NCBI GenBank assembly: GCA_041752695.1
Contig: JBGSVZ010000055.1
Location: forward strand, 1 to 38,645
From: Terrimicrobiaceae bacterium
Lineage (GTDB): Bacteria > Verrucomicrobiota > Verrucomicrobiia > Chthoniobacterales > Terrimicrobiaceae
Direction: 5' to 3'
DNA: 38,645 nt
Part shown: piece by piece, positions 9,838 through 19,900 of the stretch
Numbering within the stretch: the first letter of the stretch is position 1
How the letters are laid out: each line of letters starts with the position of its first letter
Translations under genes and position numbers: made by a program
Notes under the pieces: model-generated
Seen by the model: the letters and a program-made list of their open reading frames with translations, nothing else
Told to the model about the DNA's origin: nothing
Database searches by the model: none

Positions 9838-10796
9838 TTGCGTTCATCATCCGGCGTCTGCTCATCTCGGTGATCCTGCTGGTCTTTATCAGTGTCATTT
9901 CGTTTGGCATCATCACGCTCACCCCGGGCAGTCCTTATCCCTGGGGCGAACTGAATCCGAAAATCTCGGAGTCGGTGAAGGCGAATTTTCGCAAACAATT
10001 CCACCTCGATGAACCAATCTGGAACCAATATTGGTTCAACATGCGCGGGCTCTTCACGGGAGAACTGCGCAGTATCAAGGACGGCCGCCCCGTGCTGGAG
10101 CGGATCGGCGAACGCCTCCCGGCGACCATCGCCTTGAACGTGGTCGCGATCACGATCTCGCTGAGCTTCGGGCTATTGATCGGCGTGTACTCGGCGAGAA
10201 AATCCGGACAGTGGCAGGATACGGCGCTTTCCACCGTGAGTTTTGGTCTGCTGGCCATTCCAGAGTTTTGGATCAGTTACCTGCTCATCATCGGACTTGC
10301 GGGCTGGCTGGCCATTCCGATCATGGGCACCGTGAGCCACGGCATTGTCTTTCCCAACGAGGCCGCGGCCTGGATGGACTGGCTCTGGCATTTGTTTCTG
10401 CCCGCGACGCTGCTGGCCCTCGGAGGCATCGCCGGACAATCCCGCTACGTGCGGGCCAGCATGCTGGACACGCTGCGCGAGGATTACATCCGCACCGCGC
10501 AGGCCAAGGGTCTCCCGGCGGACACCGTTTTTTACCGCCATGCGCTGCGCAACTCGCTGCGACCGGTTATCACCGGTATCGGCGGACTCCTGCCCGCGCT
10601 GATTGGCGGCTCGGTCATTATCGAAACCATCTTCGCGTATCCCGGCATCGGCCGGCTCGGATATCAGGCGGTGATGGAACGTGACTACCCCACCCTCGTC
10701 GCCCTGAATTTTATCGTCGCCACCCTCGTCCTGCTCGGAAACCTCATCGCCGACCTGCTCTACGCGGTGGTGGATCCCCGCGTGCGTCTCGAATGA
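9834..10796 (+). CDS. oppB: ABC permease, OppB/DppB family
   Basis: FIIRRLL start, RLPATI, EAA loop DYIRTAQAKGL...HALRNSL, IETIFAYPGIG, DLLYAVVDPR; ATGA overlap with the upstream gene. Confidence 0.92.
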   Translation: MIAFIIRRLLISVILLVFISVISFGIITLTPGSPYPWGELNPKISESVKANFRKQFHLDEPIWNQYWFNMRGLFTGELRSIKDGRPVLERIGERLPATIALNVVAITISLSFGLLIGVYSARKSGQWQDTALSTVSFGLLAIPEFWISYLLIIGLAGWLAIPIMGTVSHGIVFPNEAAAWMDWLWHLFLPATLLALGGIAGQSRYVRASMLDTLREDYIRTAQAKGLPADTVFYRHALRNSLRPVITGIGGLLPALIGGSVIIETIFAYPGIGRLGYQAVMERDYPTLVALNFIVATLVLLGNLIADLLYAVVDPRVRLE

Positions 10797-11668
10797 AGCC
10801 AGTCGAAGAAAGCCCCCTTCGCCGCGTGCTGGTGCGTTTCCGTCGCAACCGGATCGGCATGGCCGCGTTTTTTGCCATCATCCTGCTTTTTGTCGTGGCT
10901 GTGATTTTCGGCACGCTCAGCATCGCCGATATTCCGTTTCCGCAGGACCCCAACGCCACCAATCTGGAGCGCAAGCTGCTACCGCCCAATGCAATGAACT
11001 GGCTGGGCACGGACAATCTCGGGCGTGATCTCTTCGCCCGCATGCTCCATGGTTCCTATATCTCCCTCACGGTGGGTTTTGTCGCCGTGGGCGTCTCGCT
11101 CTTCATCGGAGTGGTGGTGGGAGCGGTCTCCGGGTACTTCGGACGCTGGGTCGACAACGTCCTCATGCGGGTGGTGGATGCCATCATGTGTTTCCCCACG
11201 TTTTTCCTGATTCTCACTGCCGTGGCTCTGCTGGGCCCGAGTCTTTGGAATATCGTGGTCGTCATCGGTTTGGTGAGTTGGACCGGCACCGCCCGTCTGG
11301 TGCGCGCGGAATTTCTCACCCTGCGTGAGGCGGAATATGTCCGGGCGGCCCGCGCGTTGGGTCAGCGCGCCCCGGCCATCATCTTCCGTCACATCCTGCC
11401 GAATGCCTTTGCGCCGATCTTCGTCACGGCCGTGCTGGGTGTTCCTGCGGCCATCCTGACGGAAGCCGGACTGAGCTTTCTGGGATTTGGCGTGCAGCCT
11501 CCCCAGGCGACGTGGGGCAACATTATTTCCGACGGCAAAAACTACATCCTCGACGCCTGGTGGCTCATCGTTTTTCCCGGCCTGGCAATTTCCTTTGCCA
11601 CCCTTTCCTTCTACCTCGCCGGAGACGCCTTGCGCCAGGCGGCGGAAACCCGCATCGAACGAAAATGA
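10793..11668 (+). CDS. oppC: ABC permease, OppC/DppC family
   Basis: WLGTDNLGRD, ARLVRAEFL, EYVRAARALG, RHILPN, LSFLGFG..PP..TWG; ATGA overlap. Confidence 0.92.
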   Translation: MKPVEESPLRRVLVRFRRNRIGMAAFFAIILLFVVAVIFGTLSIADIPFPQDPNATNLERKLLPPNAMNWLGTDNLGRDLFARMLHGSYISLTVGFVAVGVSLFIGVVVGAVSGYFGRWVDNVLMRVVDAIMCFPTFFLILTAVALLGPSLWNIVVVIGLVSWTGTARLVRAEFLTLREAEYVRAARALGQRAPAIIFRHILPNAFAPIFVTAVLGVPAAILTEAGLSFLGFGVQPPQATWGNIISDGKNYILDAWWLIVFPGLAISFATLSFYLAGDALRQAAETRIERK

Positions 11669-11673
11669 ACAGC

Positions 11674-11709
11674 TTGCCAATCCGTTGTGATACATTAACA
11701 TGTCTCACA
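11674..11709 (+). promoter_or_regulatory. putative TA promoter with overlapping operator palindrome
   Basis: TTGCCA (11674-11679), 16 nt, TAACAT (11696-11701). Palindrome TGTGATACAT-TAAC-ATGTCTCACA at 11686-11709 with 9/10 arm match. Confidence 0.65.
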
Positions 11710-11942
11710 TGAAAACGGCCACGGTTCGCGACCTGCGCAACAACTTTGCCGTCATTTCATCCTGGCTCGAAAATGGCGAGGAAGTGGCCATCACGCGTCG
11801 GGGAAAAAAGCTGGCCCGGCTGGTTCCGGAGAAAAAATCCGGAAAGCTGAAGTTCCCGGATTTTGCCGCCCGCGCGAAAAAGCTGTGCGGGGGAAAGGTG
11901 ATCGACATGCAATCCATCTGGGAATATGAGCGCGGAAAGTAG
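11709..11942 (+). CDS. Phd/YefM-family antitoxin
   Basis: MKTATVRDLRNNF...GEEVAITRRGKKLARLVP is the typical Phd N-terminal pattern; 77 aa; overlaps the PIN gene. Confidence 0.9.
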   Translation: MKTATVRDLRNNFAVISSWLENGEEVAITRRGKKLARLVPEKKSGKLKFPDFAARAKKLCGGKVIDMQSIWEYERGK

Positions 11943-12372
11943 CCCCTACCCGGATTCCAGCTTTCTTGTGTCGCTGCTCATCAATGATGAAAACTCCCCC
12001 AAGGCGGGTGCGCTGATGAAAAAAATCGCCGCTCCCGTCTGCGTGACCCCCCTCCATCGGCACGAAGTCCACAGCGCCATTCATCAGGCGGTTTTTCGCG
12101 GAGAAATCGACGCCACGATCCGCCAAAGCGCTTTCCGTCAGTTTGAGGACGACATCGCGGACGGCTATTTCGCTCACGCGGCGATCTCATGGACCCAAGC
12201 ATTCAAGGAAGCAAAGTCCTTGAATGAGCGGTTTGTGGAAAAGCTCGGCACGCGGGGCGTGGATGTCCTGCATGTTGGGATCGCGATCTGCCTCGGCAAA
12301 AATGCCATCGTGTCTTTCGACAAACGCCAGGGCCGCTTGGCCGAGAGCGCCGGGCTGCAATGGATTCACTAA
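11926..12372 (+). CDS. vapC: VapC PIN-domain toxin
   Basis: PIN acidic residues YPDSSFLV, HRHEV, RGVDVLHV, SFDKRQ; 148 aa; directly downstream of the antitoxin. Confidence 0.88.
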   Translation: MSAESSPYPDSSFLVSLLINDENSPKAGALMKKIAAPVCVTPLHRHEVHSAIHQAVFRGEIDATIRQSAFRQFEDDIADGYFAHAAISWTQAFKEAKSLNERFVEKLGTRGVDVLHVGIAICLGKNAIVSFDKRQGRLAESAGLQWIH

Positions 12373-12374
12373 AT

Positions 12375-13217
12375 ATGAAAAACCTTCTGGAAATCCGCGG
12401 CCTCTCCATCCGCTTTCGCACCGAAGACGGCCCCGTGGACGCCGTGAAAAACATCTCCTTCTCCCTCAAGGAAGGTGCCTCGTTGGCCATCGTGGGCGAA
12501 AGCGGCAGCGGCAAGAGTGTTACCGCGCTGGCCCTTACCCGCCTCCTGCCGACGCCGCCCGCCGAGTTCCCCAGCGGCGACATCATTTTCAAGGGCGAGA
12601 GCGTGCTCTCCATGAAATCCGAGCGCCTGCGCTCCATCCGCGGCGGCGGCATCGCGTATATTTTTCAAGAGCCCTCCACTTCACTGAATCCGGTCTATAC
12701 CATCCGCAGCCAGATCTCCGAAGCCATCAAACTGCACCGCAAGGACGTGAAGGATGTCGATGCCGAGATCGTCAAATGGCTCAACGCCGTCGGTATCGTG
12801 AACCCCGAAAAGCGCATGCACGACTATCCGCACCAGCTCAGCGGAGGCATGCAGCAGCGTGCCATGATCGCGATGGCCCTCAGTTGCCAGCCCAGCTTGC
12901 TGGTCGCGGACGAACCCACCACCGCGCTTGACGTCACCATCCAGGCCCAGATCCTGGCCGAACTCAAACGCCTGCGCGCTGAGTTCAACATGGGCCTCAT
13001 CCTCATCACCCACAACATCGCCATCATCCGCGGCCTCTGCGACCGCATCGCGGTGATGTTCCGCGGCGAGATTGTGGAATACGGCGACACGACCAGCGTC
13101 CTGAAAAATCCACAGCACCCTTACACGAAGGCCCTCATCGCCTGCATTCCGAAGCTCGGGTCCAAGGAAAAACGTCTCAAGACGATCGACTACGGGTGGC
13201 TCGAATCCGTGGGGTGA
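12375..13217 (+). CDS. oppD: peptide ABC transporter ATPase, OppD/DppD family
   Basis: [45 protein letters not shown]. Confidence 0.93.
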   Translation: MKNLLEIRGLSIRFRTEDGPVDAVKNISFSLKEGASLAIVGESGSGKSVTALALTRLLPTPPAEFPSGDIIFKGESVLSMKSERLRSIRGGGIAYIFQEPSTSLNPVYTIRSQISEAIKLHRKDVKDVDAEIVKWLNAVGIVNPEKRMHDYPHQLSGGMQQRAMIAMALSCQPSLLVADEPTTALDVTIQAQILAELKRLRAEFNMGLILITHNIAIIRGLCDRIAVMFRGEIVEYGDTTSVLKNPQHPYTKALIACIPKLGSKEKRLKTIDYGWLESVG

Positions 13218-13299
13218 GTGCGCGGCTATCATCAACCCCTGCCTTGCCTGATATCGCCGACAAGGGCGGGGCCCAAAACCTCGAACCAACCGGATTCCC

Positions 13300-14502
13300 A
13301 TGCGCTCCTGCCTCGCCTTTCTTCTCGCTGTCCCTTTCCTCAACCTTCCCGCCGCCGCTGTGATCGAAGCCAGCGGCGAACTTCCCGCCCGCACTCTCGA
13401 TTCCAATGGCGACACGGTGGGCGGTATTGGTTCCGGCATTGTTTACGATGCGAAGAATGACGTTTTCCTCATGCTCTCCGATCGCGGTCCGGGCGACGGC
13501 ACGCTCCCCTATCGCCCGCGGATTGCCTTGGTGAAAATCGCTCAGGACGGAGAGACTCTCCGTACCGATCTGGTAGATACGATCCTTTTGAAGGACCAGG
13601 AAGGACGCGCCATGACCGGATTGATTCCGGACGCCGACGGCGACCTCCCTATGATGAAGGACGGCCGCACCTGCATTGACCCCGAGGCTCTCGCGCTCAC
13701 GAACGACGGCCGTCTTTATGTCACCGACGAATACGGCCCCTTCCTTTACGAATTCCAGCGCGATGGCACCATGGTGCGCCGCATCACGCTGCCGGAGGAA
13801 TTCCAGCCGCGCGATGCCGCGGGAAAACTCGCCTTCACCGACCAAGCCGAACTCGTTTCCGGCCGCGCCATCAACCAGGGTCCTGAGGGTATGTGTCTGC
13901 TGCCCGACGAAAAACACGCCGCCCTCATCTTCCAAAGCGCGTCCGTGCAGGATGGGGGCAAAGCCGCCGGAACCACCAAAGTCCTCATCCTCGATCTGGC
14001 CTCGGGCCAACCCACCGCGCTCTATCGCTACAACCTCTCCCCGGACGAAGCCGGCGTGAACGCCAAAAAACTCTCCGTCAACGACCTCGTCGCTCTTGAT
14101 GACAAACGTTTCCTCGTCCTCGAACGCGACGGCCTCGGACGCGACGGCGCCAAGGATCCCAAACTCTCCAGCTACAAATCCGTCTGGCTGGCGGATGCCT
14201 CCGGGGCAACCGACCTTGTCCAGGTCGCGTTTGATTCCAGCGTGAAACCCATGGCGAAGACCCTGCTCCTCAATCTCCCCACCCTCGTCAAAAACCCGAA
14301 AACCCTCGCCGCCAAATGGGAGGGAATCGCCGTCATTCCCCCCTCCGACGACAAACACCTCACCCTGATGATGACCGCCGACAACGATTTCCTCGCACCC
14401 GTCATCCACGAAGAGGGCAAAAGCTATTCCTTCCCCCGGGCCGAAGACGCCGTGCCGACGCAATTCTTCAAAATTCGCGTCCCCCTGCCCGAGAAACCTT
14501 GA
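13300..14502 (+). CDS. secreted 'esterase-like activity of phytase' family protein
   Basis: Signal peptide; SGIVY, LSDRGP, DPEAL, TDEYGP, NQGPEG, LVLERD, KWEG, ADNDF motifs. Confidence 0.85.
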   Translation: MRSCLAFLLAVPFLNLPAAAVIEASGELPARTLDSNGDTVGGIGSGIVYDAKNDVFLMLSDRGPGDGTLPYRPRIALVKIAQDGETLRTDLVDTILLKDQEGRAMTGLIPDADGDLPMMKDGRTCIDPEALALTNDGRLYVTDEYGPFLYEFQRDGTMVRRITLPEEFQPRDAAGKLAFTDQAELVSGRAINQGPEGMCLLPDEKHAALIFQSASVQDGGKAAGTTKVLILDLASGQPTALYRYNLSPDEAGVNAKKLSVNDLVALDDKRFLVLERDGLGRDGAKDPKLSSYKSVWLADASGATDLVQVAFDSSVKPMAKTLLLNLPTLVKNPKTLAAKWEGIAVIPPSDDKHLTLMMTADNDFLAPVIHEEGKSYSFPRAEDAVPTQFFKIRVPLPEKP

Positions 14503-14534
14503 GCCCCGGGCGGGCGATTTGCCAGACTCACCGG

Positions 14535-15368
14535 GTGATTGATCCCTTCCAGCAGGCGGTCGCGGAGACGCTGCCCGTTTTGAAAAGTATCCAGGCCGGC
14601 TTCGGTCCGCATCCGGCGGTCTCCGTGGCAGGACTGGCCAAGCTCCGCGCGTTAACGGCCAGGAAGCCAGTTGCTCCCGCGGCGCCACCCACTCCGGTCG
14701 GCAAAGCTTCCGTCGCGGCTTCCCGAGTGGCGGAGGAAAGCGATCCCACCACCTGGACACTCGACACCCTGCGCGACGCCGCCCTCGCCTGCGTCAAGTG
14801 TCCCCATCTCGTCAGATCCCGCACCCAGGTCGTTTTCGGCGTGGGCAATCCTCATGCGGAATTGATGTTCGTCGGCGAGGCCCCAGGCGCGGACGAAGAC
14901 CTGCAAGGCGAACCCTTTGTCGGCAAAGCCGGGCAGCTTCTCACCAAAATCATCCAGGCCATGGGGTTCACCCGGGAGGAAATTTACATTGGCAACGTCC
15001 TGAAATGCCGGCCCGATATGCCCGCCGGTTCCGCCGGCAACCGGAAGCCGATCCCGGAGGAAATGCGGACCTGCCTGCCCTGGCTGGAAAAACAAATCGC
15101 TCTGATCAAACCCCGCGCCCTCGTCGCCCTCGGCGCGACGGCCGTGGAAGGACTGCTCGGCAATACCGAACCCGTGGGAAAATTGCGCGGCCGGTTCCTC
15201 GAATTCCACGGCATCCCGGTAATGACCACCTACCACCCTGCTTACCTCCTGCGCAATCAGTCCATCACCGAAAAACGCAAGGTCTGGGAAGACATGCTTT
15301 TGGTGCTGGAAAAACTCGGGAAACCGATCACGGAAAAACAACGCCAGTTTTTCACCAAGGCCGGCTGA
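14535..15368 (+). CDS. udg: family 4 uracil-DNA glycosylase ([4Fe-4S])
   Basis: [40 protein letters not shown]. Start GTG 14535 is approximate. Confidence 0.93.
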   Translation: MIDPFQQAVAETLPVLKSIQAGFGPHPAVSVAGLAKLRALTARKPVAPAAPPTPVGKASVAASRVAEESDPTTWTLDTLRDAALACVKCPHLVRSRTQVVFGVGNPHAELMFVGEAPGADEDLQGEPFVGKAGQLLTKIIQAMGFTREEIYIGNVLKCRPDMPAGSAGNRKPIPEEMRTCLPWLEKQIALIKPRALVALGATAVEGLLGNTEPVGKLRGRFLEFHGIPVMTTYHPAYLLRNQSITEKRKVWEDMLLVLEKLGKPITEKQRQFFTKAG

Positions 15369-15409
15369 GCGGGCAAATCCGATCTCAGCCTCTCTCACTT
15401 TCACTTTCC

Positions 15410-16264
15410 TTGAAACGCATCCGCATCACCCACAAAACCGAATACCATTACCGGTCTCCGGTCACCTTCGGCCCACATCGGGCGCTGGTCCGGCCCCGGG
15501 AGGGCCACGATGTGCATATCGAAAGCTCCCGGTTGCAAATCGAACCCCATGCCGAGGTGCGATGGTTGCGCGACATCTACGGAAATTCCATCGCCGTGCT
15601 GAATTTTTCCGGCCCTCCCGCGCAAAAACTCAGCCTCTTCAGCGAGGCCGTCGTGGCCCATTACAACGAGAACCCGCTGGATTTTCTGATCGACCCGAGC
15701 GCGTTGATGTATCCCTTCAAATACGCCGCAAACGAACAGGCCGAACTCATCCCCTACCGGCTTTCCAGCTATCCCAACGACGGCCCCAGCCTGCAAAAAT
15801 GGCTCTCGCAACTCTACACCCCGGGCCAGCTCATCAATACCTTCGAGTTGCTGAACAAACTTAATACCCACATTGCGAAATCGTTCAAATACGTCCCCCG
15901 CGATGAACCGGGCGTCCAATTGCCTTCGCAAACCATTGCCCTCGGCACGGGATCCTGCCGCGATTACGCCGTCCTTTTAATGGAAGCGGCGCGCTACTGG
16001 GGGTTCGGCGCGCGTTTTGTCACCGGCTACATCCAGATGGATAAAGGTCAACATGGCGCGACTCACGCCTGGACGGAAATCTACATTCCCGGAGCGGGAT
16101 GGCGGGGATTTGATCCCACCAACAATAAACTGGCCGGAGCCGAGCATGTGTCCGTCGCGGTGGCGCGCGACTCCGATAAAGCCTCGCCGCTCAGCGGGGC
16201 GTGGGAGGGACCCATGGGGGCTTTCCATCGCATGGAAGTTTCGGTGCAAGTGGTGCTGCTGTGA
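15410..16264 (+). CDS. bacterial transglutaminase-like protein
   Basis: RITHKTEYHY N-terminal domain; catalytic triad GSCRD / THAW / GFDPTN; start TTG 15410. Confidence 0.9.
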   Translation: MKRIRITHKTEYHYRSPVTFGPHRALVRPREGHDVHIESSRLQIEPHAEVRWLRDIYGNSIAVLNFSGPPAQKLSLFSEAVVAHYNENPLDFLIDPSALMYPFKYAANEQAELIPYRLSSYPNDGPSLQKWLSQLYTPGQLINTFELLNKLNTHIAKSFKYVPRDEPGVQLPSQTIALGTGSCRDYAVLLMEAARYWGFGARFVTGYIQMDKGQHGATHAWTEIYIPGAGWRGFDPTNNKLAGAEHVSVAVARDSDKASPLSGAWEGPMGAFHRMEVSVQVVLL

Positions 16265-16974
16265 GTCTGGTCCAACGCATCCTTCAGGAAATCCACTGGC
16301 AGTGGGTGACAAAGACGCTTCTCGTGCTGTTCACCTTCGCATCGCGCCGTCGGGTCGTCTTTCTCGCCCGGCCCCCGCGCGACCGCGGGTTCATCCTCGC
16401 ATCCAATCACGTGAGCCATTTCGATCCACCATTTCTCACGATTACCTGTCCGCGCAAGATCGATTGGATCGCGGACGTGGGATTGTTTCACGGCAAGGTC
16501 CTGCACGCGTTTTTCACCGGACTCAACGTCATTCCCGTCGACCGTTCCGGCGCCGACCGCAACGCCCTGCGCACGGCGGTGAAGCGGCTCAAGGACGGGC
16601 GCGTGGTCGGAATTTTTCCGGAAGGCGGAATCCGCGACGGGGCAAAATCCATCGTCAACGGGGCGACCATGAAGCAAGGAGTCGCACTTCTCTCGACTCT
16701 GTCCGGCGCGCCAATTTTGCCCTGTGTCATCCTCGGCAGCGACCGCTTTTACAATCCAAGGAACTGGCTTCCCTGGCGGCGTCCGTCCGTCTGGATCGCC
16801 TTCGGCAATCTGATCGAACACCCCGAGGGAGTCACTGGTGACGCCCTGCGGAAACACATGCAGGAGACCTTCGCCCGCGAGATCCTCGCCCTCACCGCGA
16901 AACTTCGCGCCGACTTCGCCCTCACGGACGCCGACCTGCCCCACTCTCCGCAACAAAGAATGTCCGAACCGTGA
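16261..16974 (+). CDS. PlsC-like lysophospholipid acyltransferase
   Basis: NHVSHFD (HX4D), PVDR, IFPEG motifs; GTGA overlap with the upstream stop. Confidence 0.88.
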   Translation: MSLVQRILQEIHWQWVTKTLLVLFTFASRRRVVFLARPPRDRGFILASNHVSHFDPPFLTITCPRKIDWIADVGLFHGKVLHAFFTGLNVIPVDRSGADRNALRTAVKRLKDGRVVGIFPEGGIRDGAKSIVNGATMKQGVALLSTLSGAPILPCVILGSDRFYNPRNWLPWRRPSVWIAFGNLIEHPEGVTGDALRKHMQETFAREILALTAKLRADFALTDADLPHSPQQRMSEP

Positions 16975-17939
16975 GAAGGCTTCTCGAACGTTCCACCGCC
17001 TATGCGATGGATGGCGTGATGTACGCCATGATGAATGCCCTGCAATGGCGGCGGCGCCTGGTCTGTTCTCTGCCGGAAATGGAAGCCTACATTGCGGCCA
17101 ACGCCGGGATTTCGTTGGAGGACTTTCATCCCGCCCTGCCCGCTTCGGACGCAAAGGAATCCGACGGCTGGCTGACGTGGAATACGCCACTCCCCAGCGG
17201 ATTCCCCGCCAACGATCAGCCGCGCGTCCGTTTGTACCCCTGCCGGAATCCCCAAGGGGCGCCGACCGTGTTGTTGCTGCACGCTCTGATGAGCGCCAAT
17301 GATTTTGGATACCGGCGCGTGGCCCGGTGGTTCAACGACCGGGGATGGAATGCGGCCTTCCCTCACCTGCCCTTTCATTACTCGCGCACCCCGGGAGGGT
17401 ACCTCAATGGCGAACTCGCCATTACCGCCAATCTGGTTCGAAACTGTGAAACTGTCCGCCAAGGCGTGACCGAACTGCGGCAGCTCATGGCCCTGCTGCG
17501 GGCGAAAGGCTGCAGAGAATTCGGGCTGATCGGCACCAGCTTTGGAGGGTGGAATGGCGCGCTCTTGAGTTTTCTCGAACCGGATTTTCGTTTCCTTGCT
17601 CTCATCCAGCCCATCGCCAACGTCGAGCACGCCGTCTGGGGGAATCCCGGCTCGATGGCCATGCGCCGACTCCTGCGGGCGCAAGGCATCCGGCCAGGAA
17701 TGAGCGATCCTCACGCCCGGCTCATTTCCCCCCTGCACGGCGTTCCCCTGTGTGGCGGAGAGAAAGCGATCCTGACGACCGGGACCTACGACGCGGTATC
17801 CCCGCCATCCGACCTGCGCGAACTGCAACGCCGTTGGACAGGATCGCGATTGATCGAGGTGCGGCAGGGGCATTTTGGCCACACCGCCCTGCGCGAAACC
17901 CTCGCCGCCGTGGAACCGCTGCTGGGCGAATCGGCGTGA
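16971..17939 (+). CDS. alpha/beta hydrolase
   Basis: Nucleophile elbow GTSFGG, candidate Asp in GTYDAV and His in QGHFGH, LPFHYSR motif; GTGA overlap. Confidence 0.85.
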   Translation: MRRLLERSTAYAMDGVMYAMMNALQWRRRLVCSLPEMEAYIAANAGISLEDFHPALPASDAKESDGWLTWNTPLPSGFPANDQPRVRLYPCRNPQGAPTVLLLHALMSANDFGYRRVARWFNDRGWNAAFPHLPFHYSRTPGGYLNGELAITANLVRNCETVRQGVTELRQLMALLRAKGCREFGLIGTSFGGWNGALLSFLEPDFRFLALIQPIANVEHAVWGNPGSMAMRRLLRAQGIRPGMSDPHARLISPLHGVPLCGGEKAILTTGTYDAVSPPSDLRELQRRWTGSRLIEVRQGHFGHTALRETLAAVEPLLGESA

Positions 17940-17945
17940 TGCGAT

Positions 17946-19088
17946 TCATTCCCCGCCGAGCCGCAATGCATTCACCCAACGCAACGTGCCCTCCGTCGGA
18001 CGGCGGCGGTGTTCGTCGGCGAGAAGCGCATTGGCGAAACGGCCTAGCAAATGATATCCGCCCGGGAGATCTGCGGGGTTTACGAAGTCGAGTTTCACCA
18101 GCCTCTCCAGCGTGCGGCGTTGCTCGGGAGTGACCAATTCAATGCGCCCGATCATGGCGCGCTGGACTTCGGCGGCGGGAGAAATTTTCAAGGGCAGGTG
18201 ACGATCCGTCCACTCCCGCGGCACGATATAAAAAAGGCGCAGTCCCCGGGTCTGGAAATACGAATCCTCCCAAGTCTTCAACATCGCGTCCGCCTCTTTG
18301 GGAAACAGTCCCTCCGCCACAAGCTCGCCGCGCATTTCTGCGCGAAGCCGATCCAAACTTGCGCGTGAATATTCGGAAAACTTCACCGGCATCTCCGGAA
18401 CGCCACGGCAAAAGGCCGCGGTGCCGTCGCCGCGAAAATCCGCCAGCCAGGCGGCCCGCGTGTCCCCGGAGAGTTTGAGTATCTCCCCCTCGCGCCGGAC
18501 GCGAACGGAGGCCTCGATATTCGCCACTCCCCGATAGAAGAGATACCGTTCGGTCTCGCCGTCCGACGTCCGCACGGACCTGGCATCCACCTCGCGCGGC
18601 ACGAGCCACACCGGGGCGTCAGTTTTTGGACCGCTGGAAGTTCCACCAATTTTCAGATCTTTCCACAAAAGCCGCCCGGATTCTGAGCGCAGAATTTTCC
18701 CCTCGCGCAATCCCGGTGTCGTGGCCACCGCGTCGGGATAATACTCACTGATCCATCCTCCAGGAAACGACACCTCGACATCCACCACAGGCTCCTGTCC
18801 CGTCGGCGGATAAAAATAGATCACGGGAGTTTCCAGCCGCATCAACACATCGGGATGACAGCGCGGAAGCGGTGCTTTGGTTTCCGCTGGCGACTGCTGG
18901 GTGGATCGAATGAGATTTCCAATCCGATGAACGAACCCAGGCACGGGTTCGTCGTCGCTATTGATTCCCGGCACCGTCCTCCCGTTTTCATCCTGCAGCA
19001 CCGTGAAGGTGCCCCATTCATGCACCACGAGAGGCTCCGCGGAGAGAGGGATTGCCGCCAGCAAAGACAGACAAACGATTCTCGTCAT
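17946..19088 (-). CDS. exported hypothetical protein
   Basis: Signal peptide, then LVVHEWGTFT, METPV-like RLETPVIYFY, SEYYP, YLFYRG and AMLKTWEDSYF blocks; 380 aa. Confidence 0.75.
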   Translation of the reverse strand: MTRIVCLSLLAAIPLSAEPLVVHEWGTFTVLQDENGRTVPGINSDDEPVPGFVHRIGNLIRSTQQSPAETKAPLPRCHPDVLMRLETPVIYFYPPTGQEPVVDVEVSFPGGWISEYYPDAVATTPGLREGKILRSESGRLLWKDLKIGGTSSGPKTDAPVWLVPREVDARSVRTSDGETERYLFYRGVANIEASVRVRREGEILKLSGDTRAAWLADFRGDGTAAFCRGVPEMPVKFSEYSRASLDRLRAEMRGELVAEGLFPKEADAMLKTWEDSYFQTRGLRLFYIVPREWTDRHLPLKISPAAEVQRAMIGRIELVTPEQRRTLERLVKLDFVNPADLPGGYHLLGRFANALLADEHRRRPTEGTLRWVNALRLGGE

Positions 19089-19106
19089 GCCCCAATTCGA
19101 ACAGGG

Positions 19107-19877
19107 TCAAAGCGCGCAGTTGTCAGAGAGATGTAAAAATTCCGTAAAATCTTGCGGCAGCGGCGCACTCCAGTCGTGCTCGAGCCCGTCCAGGGCAAAC
19201 GACAGCCGCGTGGCATGCAGTGCGTGGCGGGGCAACCAGAGTTTCTCCGCCAGCGACGGCGTCCAGCCCTCGCGGATGAAATCCAGGTATCGCTGAGAGT
19301 CCTCGCCGTAAATCTTGTCCCCGATCACAGGGTACCCGAGATGCGCAAGGTGCACCCGAATCTGATGCGTCCGACCCGTCACCGTCCACGCCTGCACCAG
19401 CGCAAATTTTTTCCCGTCCTGCCGTCGGTGACGGGACGCCACCTCGAATCGCGTCACCGCCCCCTGCCCTTCCGGATGCACCGCGCGCTGAAGCCACACC
19501 GGCGAATCCGCCACCTCGCCCAGCCGCAGGATGGGCGCTTCCACCACGAGGTCTTCCCACTCCGGCCAGCCGAAAACCAAGGCCCGGTATTCCTTGCGGA
19601 AAGCCCCACCTTGCAGCGCGATTCCGGCCGCACGGGCCGCGCTCGCGTTTTTGGCCACCAGCACAATCCCACTCGTTTCCCGATCCAGCCGATTGATGAG
19701 CGAAACCTGCCCGCCCGTGGCGAGTTCGTAGCCCAGCAATTCGCGGAGTCCGTCCCACAGCGTGCGCGGACCGCCAGGTTTGGTCGGATGCACAAGAAGA
19801 CCCGCGGGTTTATCCACCGCGAGAAAATCCTCCGTTTCTCCTAAAATGCCGAACTCCACTTGATTCTCCGCTCTCAC
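19107..19877 (-). CDS. RluA-family pseudouridine synthase
   Basis: VDKPAGLLVHP, NRLDRETSG (catalytic Asp), TGRTHQIRVH, GDKIYG, ALHA. Confidence 0.92.
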   Translation of the reverse strand: MRAENQVEFGILGETEDFLAVDKPAGLLVHPTKPGGPRTLWDGLRELLGYELATGGQVSLINRLDRETSGIVLVAKNASAARAAGIALQGGAFRKEYRALVFGWPEWEDLVVEAPILRLGEVADSPVWLQRAVHPEGQGAVTRFEVASRHRRQDGKKFALVQAWTVTGRTHQIRVHLAHLGYPVIGDKIYGEDSQRYLDFIREGWTPSLAEKLWLPRHALHATRLSFALDGLEHDWSAPLPQDFTEFLHLSDNCAL

Positions 19878-19900
19878 ACCGTCACCATCGTGCTTCTATC

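Noticed and set aside
14316..15409. N-terminal extensions of the udg (from 14316) and transglutaminase (from 14798) ORFs suggesting fusions or nested genes
   Set aside because: The extensions overlap upstream genes and are low-complexity; domain-like sequence begins near 14535 and at 15410.
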